Below, piece after piece: positions 34,701 to 46,800 of a DNA stretch of 64,000 bases. Within the stretch, counting starts at the first letter, position 1. Every line of letters begins with the position of its first letter. Source of the stretch: Antedon mediterranea (lineage: Eukaryota > Animalia > Echinodermata); assembly GCF_964355755.1 (NCBI RefSeq), contig NC_092678.1, positions 7,270,422-7,334,421 on the forward strand, in the 5' to 3' direction. Below the pieces are notes generated by a model. The model worked only from the letters and a program-made list of their open reading frames with translations. It did not search any database and was not told where the DNA came from. A program made the translations under genes and the position numbers.

Positions 34701-35460
34701 ACAATAATACAGTTCAACCTCTATGAGCGGCCACCTCTCTTAACGGCCGCATTTTCCAAAAAGCCCGTTGTTCTTCCTATCTTGGTGCATTTGGTAGGCT
34801 ACCTCCCGTAAGCGGCCACCCGAAAAATTCGTATTGACTTTTGACAACAAAAATACAATTTTGATACTGTGTTTTATTTCATTTCATATTCATTTTAATT
34901 TTATTTCGGAAACGGACGTCCATAGTTACAAAATCAAATGCATACATAGTTTAAATAAAAAAGGCAGACTAAAAAAACACTGGTTTCGGATCATCTCAGG
35001 ATCTCAATCATTTTGTTATAGAGCCTGGATGATTCAAATGATGATACCATAAAACATTCTATCATTCATTTTTGCTAGCTGATAATCTCTGTAATAATGA
35101 AAATACAGATTTTCTTAGATATTTCGAAGCGGTTTTAAAAACATTTCGGTCACTCGCATTCCTGTGTTTTTTAGATGAGATGAGAAAACTACACAGATTT
35201 CGACCGACCATTTTCATATGTTACAAGCTTTTAAAATTCATTTGATAATCATAAATATTACTAAACAGATTATATATATAACAGGCAAAAAAAAAAGTTA
35301 GTCCTCTATGCACGCCACGGTACAACAATCCAATCGGTGTGAATTTTGCAGTCAACACCAATCTAGCAATGGAGATGGTTATGGGCTATATTAAAAGTTT
35401 GTAAACCAAATATTTACTGAATTATGACTTACTAGATAGTACGCTCGCTTCGCTCGAGGT

Positions 35461-38400
35461 GAATACACAGTAATTTCAGCGTAAAAAAACTGGCGATTTC
35501 AAATGTAGGCCTACGTACCGCAGGACTATAGTATAATACATTGTCGTTTACAGAAACGAATAAATAGACACGATTATTTATGTAGTCAACTAAAATTAGC
35601 ACCCTGGGAATTACTTTAGAAGAGTACAAATTTTTGATTTGGACTCATTTAAACAAACCCAATTTGTGTTTTGTATGTAACATTAGGGTCGAGGGATGAG
35701 GAAGAGGATGGGTACAAAGAGGAACAATTTTTAAATATATTCTTTATTCACTCAGTAACGAAATATTTGTCATTTTTTATAGGCCTAGCCAATTGAAATA
35801 GTAAAGTATGGTACATGTAACGATACACCACTACGACGTTTATATTTTTTGTAATTATTAATTAATACAAACGTTGAGAAGCAACTGTCAATAATAAAGG
35901 TTTCACAGTAATACATTTATTTGTATATGTGTTTATATCTAACAGTACCCAATTTTGCGATTCAAATGGCGACCAAACATGGTTAATACGTATTTACAAA
36001 TTAACCTCATCTATGTTCATTAATGAATTTTCTTTACTAGAATCATTAAGTGTGAACTCCTCCAAGTTAGTCATTTTAGGCGATTTTAACTTTCATGTTG
36101 ATAATTCTAACAGGGATGCTGAATTGTTTCTCAACACTCTTGAGACATTCGATTTATATCAACACATCCATGACCCAACTCACATCGCCAACCATACATT
36201 ATATTTACTTATCTCCCGCAAAGAATCTGACCTGCTTAGCAAAATATCCATCCAACATGGTATGCCTTCGGACCATCATGCCATTAAGTGTCAGGTTGAC
36301 ATCAATCGTCCTGGGCCCAGCATAACACAATTAGTTTCACGAAATGTCAAATTCCAGTCAGATGTTCATGATTCTCTCTCACAATGTTCCCTGGCCTCTG
36401 ACATTGATTCTATGGTGAAAGGGTATAATGTTACAGAAAATATTAGATTCTCATTCTCCACCTTTGCATCGCACTATTGTGCTTCGCCCTCATGCACCCT
36501 GGTATACAGGTGAACATCATTCAATGAAGCAGGAGCGTCGACGTCTGGAGCGCAAGTGGCTGAAATCTGGCCTCATGGTAGACAAACAACTGTACCATAA
36601 TCAGTGCATATCAGTGCACTAACTACAATGAACATCTTTTCAGGGCCAAGACGGAGTATCACAAAGATGAGGTATTAGGATGTGATCAACGCAAGTTATT
36701 CCGTGCTGTTGACAAGTTAACATCTACTGCCATCTATTGTCTTCTTCCAGCTCATGATGATGCTAAAACTCTTGCAAATCTATTCTCTGACTTTTTTAAG
36801 AATAAGATTGAGAGATGTTGCAGCACTTTTTCATCAACCTCCCCCTCATTCTGTTGAATCTCAATCATGTAAAAGTAATTTCAATACCTTTGACCCTGTC
36901 TCTGCTGATGATTTACTTAATGTCATTAGGTCAGCCTCCATTACCTCTTGCTCCCTGGATCCGCTTCCTCTTAAATTATTTAAGACTTGTCTTCCTACCT
37001 TTCTTCCCTTCTTTACCAAAGTTGTCAACACCTCACTGAGCTCAGGTATCTTTCCATCTTCACTCAAACATGCATGCATAACACCATTAAGAAGCCATCT
37101 TTGGATGTTGAGGAATTTACAAGTTACAGACCCATTTCCAATCTTCCATTTCTTGGAAAAATTATTGAGAGGGTTGTGTATAGTCAGCTGCAATCATATC
37201 TGAATAGAAATGGGTTATTTGCCACTAGACAATCCGCTTTTCGTCCAAACCATAGTGTAGAATCTGCACTTCTTCTTGTGCATAATGATATTAGCATTGC
37301 ACTTGACAACCATAATGAGGTTCTTATGGTCCTGTTGGACTTCAGTGCTGCTTTTGATCATAATTTGTTTGCATCATATCCGAATGATAGGTCCCAGTCC
37401 ATTGTCATCAAGGATGTTTTGTCGAACAACCCGACTCTGCTTACAGTTGGTGTTCCACAAGGGTCTGTGGTTGGTCCTCTTCTGTTTATTTTATTTACCG
37501 CCCCACTACTTGACCTCATTAAATCTCACAATGTGAAGTGTATGGCGTATGCTGATGACACTCAGCTTTATGTCACTTTCAACCCTAATCAGCGTGATTC
37601 TGCTGTCAGTAAACTTGAATCCTGTATTGCCGAAGTCAGAGCATGGTGTCAATCTAACAACCTGGTTATGAATGATGCTAAAACAGAACTTATTCATTTT
37701 TCTTCTCGTTTTAAGCTTGCGTGTTGGACTGCCTCTGTTAAGATTGGTAATTCTTTCATTCAACCTTTGTCATCCTGTAGAAACCTTGGAGTTGTCATGG
37801 ATTCAACGCTTAGCATGTCCAATCAGGTACATAACATCTGCAAAGCTGGGCTTCACGCTATTCGTAAAATTGGAAGCATTCGTAAGTACCTGGATTCAAG
37901 ATAAACTGAGATTCTTGTTCACGCCTTTGTTACATCAAGTCTAGACTGTTGTAACTCATTACTTTATAGCTTACCAGCAAAGGATATCTCTAACATTCAG
38001 CGAGTCCAGAACAAAGCTGCCCGATTGGTCATTCAAAGCCCCATAAGGCAACATATCACACCTGTGCTGAGACAGCTTCATTGGCTTCCGGTAACACAAA
38101 GAATTACCTTCAAGATCCTGCTATTTGTTTTCAAAGCTCTGCATAATTCTTCATCTAAGTTCATTTCTGAACTTATTCAACCTTATGTTCCTAAGCGGTC
38201 TCTGAGATCTAGATCTGAGTCTCTTCTTGTCCATATATTTCATCCTTCCACTAAGTTTTATGGAAATCGTTCATTTTCTGCGGCATCCGTTTCTCTTTGG
38301 AATGCGTTGCCTATTGAAATCCGTCAGGCTACTTCCACCAGTGTCTTCAAAGCTCTCCTCAAAACCCACCTTTTTAATATGTAATTTTTCAAAATTTTCT

Positions 38401-39037
38401 GTCTTTGTAAAGCGCATTGAGGCTTTCAGCATAATGCGCTATATCAAGTACCAGTTATTATTATTATTATTATTAGTGTTATTATTGTTGTTATTGTTAT
38501 TGTTATTGTTATTGTTATTGTTATTATTATTATTATTATTATTATTTAAGGGCCAATAAATTTACCTTTAAACCAAATAACTATACTGGGAGAGACTGAG
38601 AGATTGGAATTTTCCATTCAATGCAAATCAACACGTATATTAAATCTATCAAATAGTATTTTAAGAAAATCGGCCTGTCTTCAACATTATGATGCTGTAC
38701 TCGAGTTGTTAAACCGGTTTTCAGCTAAAATCAATCGTAGAAGGAGATAGGTAAATGCGAAACATTCTCGTATTATTGTGTGCGGGTATTTTTCAAGATG
38801 GACATCCATTAGACAGTACCACGATCGGAAAACACCCCTATTTGGGGCAAATCGTTGAACCTAAATTCGTTTTAATTGTCAATAACTAATTATCTAACTC
38901 AATTAGTAAACAGGGTTACATCAGGTGGTTAAAATCAGTACCGAAAGTACTAACCAACCTTATATATCATCGATTAAACATTCTAGAAGTAACGCGCGAT
39001 TTACCGAATTTTGCCCTTACGTAAATTTATATATAGA
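35461..39037 (+). repeat. Segmental duplication block (paralogous to 42365-43586), interrupted by an L2 LINE
   Basis: 35461-35998 plus 38547-39037 align by eye with 42365-43586. Confidence 0.88.
35999..38546 (+). mobile_element. 5'-truncated, frameshifted L2-clade LINE
   Basis: APE endonuclease remnant (ILGDFNFH, SDH). RT motifs YRPISNL, LDFSAAFD, GVPQGS, YADD and QLHWLPV. 3' stem-loop GTAAAGCGCATT..AATGCGCTATA and a (TTA)n tail. Confidence 0.92.
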
Positions 39038-39349
39038 TTAAATATTCAAGACTATAAAAGCAGGAACATCGCAAACGACAGCATTGTCGTTTAAAGAGGT
39101 GAGTCGATAAGTTAGCCACAATATTCAAGTAAAAGAAAAGCCACGTTGTCGTGGATTACTCTAGTTCACTTCCATTTGTAATAAAAAACATTTTTGATTA
39201 TTTATGTAGGCTTTTGAACTGTATTGTCATATCTTTCCAAAATTTGAAATGTAGGCCCTACGTTTACAGTATTCATTTTCTTTACAAAATCGTAGGCGTA
39301 CATCGGCTATCACCTGTATTTTAACATTGGGAATGCGAATTATTCGTCT

Positions 39350-40636
39350 AAGGCTGGTTTCCTGTCGACGTAAGAACATCACTTTTGTTGCGACTACGTC
39401 GATATGTCGTAAGTAATGCGGATTTTACAGGAAACCGATTACGATCGAAAATTTATAAAATCGACGCAACGTAAGAAAAATGGTAACGACAAACGATTTT
39501 ACAGGAAACCGATGACCTAACAATTGTTGCGTTACGACGTTTTCTTCCGATTTTACAGGAAACCGGGATTTTGTATCTTACGCTTGAATGAACGCCCTTG
39601 CGTCACGTTTCTTACGTCTCTTACGAAAGTTGACTTGAAGTCAACTTTCGCAAGAGACGTAAGCGCAATCGTAACAAGTAACCAATGAACGACAAGAGTT
39701 ATGACGTAATGTGTATGTCCTTATAGTGAAATAAAGCCGGACAATAACATTTGTATGTATTTACTACTATAATTTTAGCCCACTTTACGATGTTGTACAT
39801 ACTTTACAAATGCACAGTAGTTTCAATATAGGCCTAATAATTTTCTAATCAGGGAGTTTACAACTCATATCAAAATATAATACTCTTATTTATGGACGTG
39901 CAATAAACAATCAGCATCGGTAGAAACGTCGCGAAAATGAACATTTGAAGATAAGATATAGAAAGCCCCTTTGTAAGCAATATAATATTATTATGTAACT
40001 TTAAAAAAAAATTGTTTGCTTGATTTTGTATAATTTATATTGTTTTGTTAAATTTATTCTTATTATAGGCCTGTAAATAATGGGTATCTTACTGCGGTAG
40101 TACTATCTCATGCTCGATTAGATATGCTTATAGGCCCATAGGCCAATGCCTAGTCTAGGGCCTAGGTAGGTCTAATAATAATAATAGGAATCTCGAAATG
40201 ATTTGCCTTTTTTTAATTTTGAAAACTATTTAAGGATAGGCCTAGAGGGCCAGGATAATTAATTCATATTTTGATTCATACAAATAATACATAGGCCTAC
40301 TAGCCTAGGCTAGGGACCTAGGCTAGTTTGATTGTTTGGTCAAATCAATTCCTATTAGTACAGTATTAATTAAGTATTTTACTAATACTAGGGCCTAGCC
40401 TATCTACTGAAAATAACATGTTGGTTTGCTGCACTGACACTGCTGCTGAGAAGCTACAGGTACAATAAGAACATTCAACATTTCGCGCGAAAAATGATAA
40501 AACCCGCTCTAAAAAGAAACACCAATCAGAGATGTTGTTTCAAATACGTCATAAATCCGACCGACGTAAGAAAAAAATGTCAACTTTCGTAACAACACTA
40601 AAATCGACGTAAGCATACGACGTGTGTTTCACAGCC
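39350..40636. mobile_element. Probable decayed non-autonomous DNA transposon
   Basis: Starts TAAGGCTGGTTTCCTG. Contains GATTTTACAGGAAACCG three times, an internal palindrome at 39610-39663 and TAGGCCTA tracts. The right end is uncertain. Confidence 0.4.
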
Positions 40637-42364
40637 ATTTCATTTGTTTACTCTGGATTTCCTAATTTGTAATCAAAAAGTATGTTATGCATTTTAATTT
40701 TACTTTCCAGTACTTACATCACATTATAATTACAATTCCCATTGCATCATCGTATTCGGGATTGTCAACGTTGGACCACCCGAGTTTGCTAATTTCCAGT
40801 TTATTGATCAATATAATCAAACGTTACACACCTTAACATTTTGTCTCCATATAGCTTGTTAGTTTTCGATTTTTGTCATTCAAGGCCAATTAAACTTTTG
40901 TAATGAAAGTCCTACAGATAAGTGTTAATGTATACAGTAAAAGCCACTGGAGTAATTTATAGTTCTTCCATAAGCTGCCAAATTACGTGTACAGATAATA
41001 AAAGCGTCACATTTTGTATCTTATTGTTGTGTATTTGCATTGTATTTCAGCAATAAACGGCTACTACTGTAAGGAAACATTTTTAAAATCGACTGACATA
41101 TAAAGTAGAGGTAATGGGGAAAAGAGTCCGCGAACATGGTCTCGTAGTCTCTGGTCGCTATGTCGCTACTTGTGGCCGAAACTGTCAATGGTATTAAAAT
41201 ATCCTTATTTTGAACTAAAGTTGAATCAATAATCTAGGCATACTAAGCTGGGGTACTTACAAATAAGGCCGATCATCGTCACATTGTGAAAAAATGCCTA
41301 TTTTAAGGAATAAATCGTGTTAAAAGCAACAAAAATGTTGATTTTAGTGGCATTTTGTCAATAGTTTTTGTGACTCTAATAGTAACCCCTATTTCATTTT
41401 TTTTTTCGTTCTAAGTCGACCTACGCAAGTCAGCAAGTTCGCTTCAAAATGACTGCAGTAAGTTATTGGCCGTCAATTTTTGAGAGATATTAAGATATTC
41501 ATTTCGACTAGTATAGTGTATCCATGGTTTAAAATTATATAAATAAAAAAATATAAAAAAATAATAAATATATAAAATAATATAAAACAATTTAAAAAAA
41601 ATACTTTCGAGACAATTGCAGAATCAATTCTGAGGTATATGCCGTATAATTACTGACAAGCAAATACTCTGAATGGGTCAATTTGTTCTCTACACATCCC
41701 GATGGGTTGATTGTATTTGGTTTATAGAGGCTTACAATCCGAATGGGTTTGGCATGTTCGTAACATGGGTTGATCTCTTTATACACCCCGCATGAGTTTA
41801 TTTGTATATATATATTCACCTGAAATGAGCTTGTTGGTTTGTTTTTATACAGTCTAAATTGGTTGATTTTGCAGATACATAATCGACTATTTTATTTATT
41901 TATTTATTCTGTCTTTACTGAATGACACTTTCAGTGCTAAAGCATTGATTTCTAAAAAGTGGTTTAGTAGAGAAACATTAACAATATAATAAACAATAAT
42001 TCAAAGACAACTAACAAAGTAATTTACATTAGTACACACACATTTACAAAAAGGTAACTATCTACAAAACATATAGTATATATAAAAAAATGGAAGGAAT
42101 TAAAGTTAAAAGATACTTAATCAGTAATATTTTGGATTGATTTTTTTGCTGTTAACATTATTATAAAAATAAATTGGATTAGTGAATACAATATACTTGT
42201 TGAGGCAATTCCAAAAATGTGAATAAATGTAATTAAGAAAAACAATAAACAGGTAGATATTAGAAAAGACTACAAAATATACATACTTACACTTCGTCAA
42301 AAACATTTTTATTCCTCCTCAATGTATACATAAACCATCTAGGTCGTGCCCACAAATGGTTCTC

Positions 42365-43586
42365 GAATACACAGTAATTTCAGCGTAAAAAAACTGGCGA
42401 TTTCAAATGTACGTACCCCAGGACTAAAATACACTGTATTTTGTATTCACTAATCCAATACAGAAACGAATAGACACAATGATTTATGTAGTCAACCAAA
42501 ATTAGCACCCTGGGAATTAATTCCGAAAGAGAAACTTGTCACAAAATGAATGATTTGGACTCATTTTAAACAAACCCAAGTGTTTTGTATGACAAATTAG
42601 AGTTGAGGGATGGGGAAGAGGATGGGTACAAAGAGGAACAATTTTAAACATATTCTTTATCCACTCAGTAATGAAATATTATTTCTTTGTTTTATAGGCC
42701 TATAAATAATATACCACTAAATACAGTAAAACAATTGCGATTTAATACTTTATTAAATAGTAAAGTACATGTAAAGATACACTACGTTTGTAATTATTAT
42801 TTAATACAAACTTTGAGAAGCAACTGTCAGTAATATAGTGTATTTTGTATATTATGTGTTTATAATCTAACAGTAGCGGCTACCCACACTCACAGTAATA
42901 AAGTTTATTTGTATTTTTGTTTTTTATATTTAACAGTACCAACACTCACATCACAATAAGAAATTTGCGATTCAAATGGCAATCAAAAGTGGTTAAATAC
43001 CTATTTACACTATTGTATAGCATTGCAATACTATTTATGTTTATTCTCCAAGGCCCCATAAATTTACCTACTTGTGTTAAACCATGGAGGTATACGTCCA
43101 TGGTTAAACAAAATAGTTATATTGGAATGTTCCATTCATAGCAAATCAATACAGTTGTATAAACGTATATTAAATCTATAAAAATAGTATTTTTTCAAGA
43201 AAATCGGCCTGTCTTCAATATTATGATACTGTACTCGAGCTGTCCAACCAGTTTTCAGCCATTAAAAACAATTATCGTAGGAGGAGATAGGAAAATGCAA
43301 AGCATCCTCGTATTATTGTAAGCGGGTGTTTTTCAAGAGGACATCCAATAGACAATGTATAGCACGATCGGAAAACACCCCTATTTGGGGCAAATCGTTG
43401 AACCTAAATTCGTTTTAATTGTCAATAACTAATTATCTAACTCAATTTAATTACTAAACAGGGTTACATCAGGTGGTTAAAATCAGTACCGAAAGTACGA
43501 ACCAACTTTATATACCATCGAGTAAACATTCTAGAAATAACTCGCAAATTACCAAATTTTGCCCTTACGTAAATTTATATATAGAA
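42365..43586 (+). repeat. Segmental duplication block, uninterrupted copy
   Basis: Paralogous to 35461-39037 minus the LINE. Confidence 0.88.
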
Positions 43587-43840
43587 ATTAATTAAAAACA
43601 AATTAACATGAAAATAATTGTTTAGTGTTACCATGGAGATGTTAGCGAAGTTGCAAAGACTCGTATATTCCCTAAAGCAAGGAGATGGAGAACAGAGGCA
43701 GATTCAAGGGGGTGCACGCGGGGACTCCAGAGCCATATTATATATAAAAATATATATGGCTCTGGGGGACTCTCTACAGTTGCGCCTCCTCCCCCTTTTC
43801 ACAAAATTTTGGATCCGCCCCTAGAGAAGTTGTTTACAAA

Positions 43841-46800
43841 ATGAAGTTTGAGTATTGGAAATTTCTTGTTTTTATTATTTATTGGGTTTTTTGTAAAGCA
43901 CAAGATGGTTAGTATACAGTTTCTATATTTTAGTTAAGATAATGAAAAAAATACACACAAATACATGTATTGATTTATCAAATTTGTTTCTTCCGTTTAA
44001 TAATAGATATGAAGAAGACTAACTGTCCGGATGACAAATATATAGAGTCAATAGAGAGAAAATTTGATTATTCTTATTATTATGGTAATCTTAACCTCAC
44101 ACTTCAGAATCCATCAAGTGGTGGACCTACTGTGTGTCAAATCGCATGGTATTGGGATGATCAATTCAATATTCATTTCGGTTTAAGAGGTGAGTGTCAT
44201 CATGTTGTGTCTCGTTTTAGTAGCAGTAGAATAGTAAACTGTTTACACTAAAACATCTTTGCTTTGCTTAATTTTCAAAGTCTAAACTACAGGTCTTCTT
44301 TTAAAGAATGTAGCACTTTCTTTCATTTTGTATTCCATAACGGAAATCCGGGGTCGGCGTTAGATTGTTATGTATATACATAGGAAAACAAGCTTTTCGC
44401 GCCGCGGCTCTAGCCAGCTATGTCCCAGGAGGACACATTCATTAATAAGCTGTTTCATAGCGGTAGCTTTAGTATCTAAGGCTGACAGTTTTGTGAATTT
44501 GGAAACTCGACTATAATTTATAGGTAGATGCTGGACCCAAAAAACGTCTGGGAGAAGAGAGTCTATATGAAAGCCTTTGCTGATAATACAGTATTATTGA
44601 GATGTAGACGGAAATCTGTAAAATCTTGTTCAATAAATAATAACTTCGTTTTTGCTGTCAACCAGGCCGGTATTATAATAAGTCACTGTCAAATAATCAT
44701 TCGATAATGGTAAAAACTTTATTTTGGCTCTGTCAACATAAAGGGAGGTATTTACAATGACTTTCTTTTGACTGTCAATCTAGGCCAATGTTATAATAAT
44801 ACGCCGTCAGATATTAAATCATTGAAACAGTCCTGGTAAATTTTTTTTTGGTTATCAGATGCCATGGGGGGGTCCAATAAATTATCGTCAGAACGTGAAC
44901 AATCAGTCTAGGTAGCAGCAGCAGATTATTAGGAACGCCTGCTCCATTAATTAATCCAGAAAAAGGTTTGTATCTATTTGTTTATTAGTTCTCCTAACAC
45001 AATTATATTTTCTTTAAAAAAAGGTTTTATAAGTGGTTTCAACATTTATGATAGTAATGTCACAGTTCTGTGTCTGGACGCAAGTTCATAGACCTACTAG
45101 TTATATTATTCATATTAACTGATACTTACTCTTCATTTACCGTAAAGTTCAGTTTTAATGAAATATATAATATAAATTGGCTTCGTAACAATTAGTGTTG
45201 AAAAGGTTAGTTTTTTGGTGATAGGTGAAAATGACATGTAACTTCGTAATCAATTTATTTTTTTTGTATAAAGGCCCAATTACACTATGACGATAACGAC
45301 GGACGATAAATATATAGCATGCATTTTTTTTACATAAACCAAAAGAAATTAGAAAGGTTTTCGTTCTAGACCTATAGGATAATCATTTATGCTGTCTTTG
45401 ATAAAAATAATGTTTTTCAAATTCCAATCAAATGACGTCATGATAAATAAAAACAATAAAATCGCTGTATTGTCACGATATTATTGGTCTTACTAATCAT
45501 GACGTCGTTTGGTTGGGACGTGTGAAAATATAATTTTCATCAAAGGAATTGTTTATATTTCTTTTGGTTTATGTATTAAAAATGCACATTTGTCTATTTA
45601 TCGTCGATCGTTATCGTCCTAGTGTATGGGCCTTATGCTGTAAATGTTCAATTAATTGATCATTCCGATTTTATTAGTTGGACTCGCTAAATATAATTTT
45701 CTTAATCAACAAAATACATAAATGTAATAGCATATCATGATTTTCTGTATTGTAACCAAATAATATGGATGTCTTATCAAGGTTAATCTTTGTTTTTTGA
45801 AATATTTTCCCACCAAGTCGTGAATTCATCCCATAGTTGGGTTGCAATGATACATTGGTTTTTTGAATTGGGTATGTTGAAACATTTCAATATTCATTTA
45901 AAAAAGTACATTAATTATTGTATTGATCAGTGGCTATAGAGGCGTAAAAACACTCGGTCAATATCAAATAAAATGCACTGTGGAAGGGTCATTATTAAGA
46001 CTGCAAAATTGGGCTTATCAACAAATAAATACTTTCGTTCAAAATGTAAAATCAAGGCTGAAAAATTGGGCTTATCAACAACAGAATATTTTATTATTAG
46101 ACGCGATAACATCAAGGATAATCAGTATAATTATTAATATAGCCACTGTTACTAGTTTTATTCTACATGCTAAAGTAAATAAAAATCCACTAAAAAACAA
46201 GCAAGTCTGAATGTTATGCTTATTAGCCATGTTATGTTTGTTACTGTAGGCCTATGATTGTTTGCAATGTCCACATATTATTTCCGTGGGCATATCCATA
46301 GTGTATCACTCACAAAAAAGACGTGTGAGGTTCTTTCTTTAGATTTTGAAGAATGATTTGTGTTACATGAGTCAAATGCTCAAGATATCGGCTAACGCCA
46401 TGGGACCCTTGGCTTATCAATGAATAATAAATACAGTACTACTTTCGTTCAATTGAAATCGGAATCTGACCGTTTCATTAAATTTGGTGTGATTAGGCCT
46501 AAACATATAATAATTTATTAAAAAGGTACAATAAAAACAAATGCATCAGAGGCGTAAAGAACCCACGGTCAATATCATGTAAAATGTATATGGTATAAGC
46601 ACTGTGGAAGGGGTCATTATTATTAAACTGGAAAATTCGGCTTATCAACAAATAAATACTTTCGTTTAAAATGTAAAATAAGACTGCAAAATTGGGCTTA
46701 TCAACAAATAAATACTTTCGTTCAAAATGTAAAATAAGACTGCACAATAGGGCTTATCAACAAATAAAATCCTTTTTTTTTCAAAATGTAAAATTAAGAC

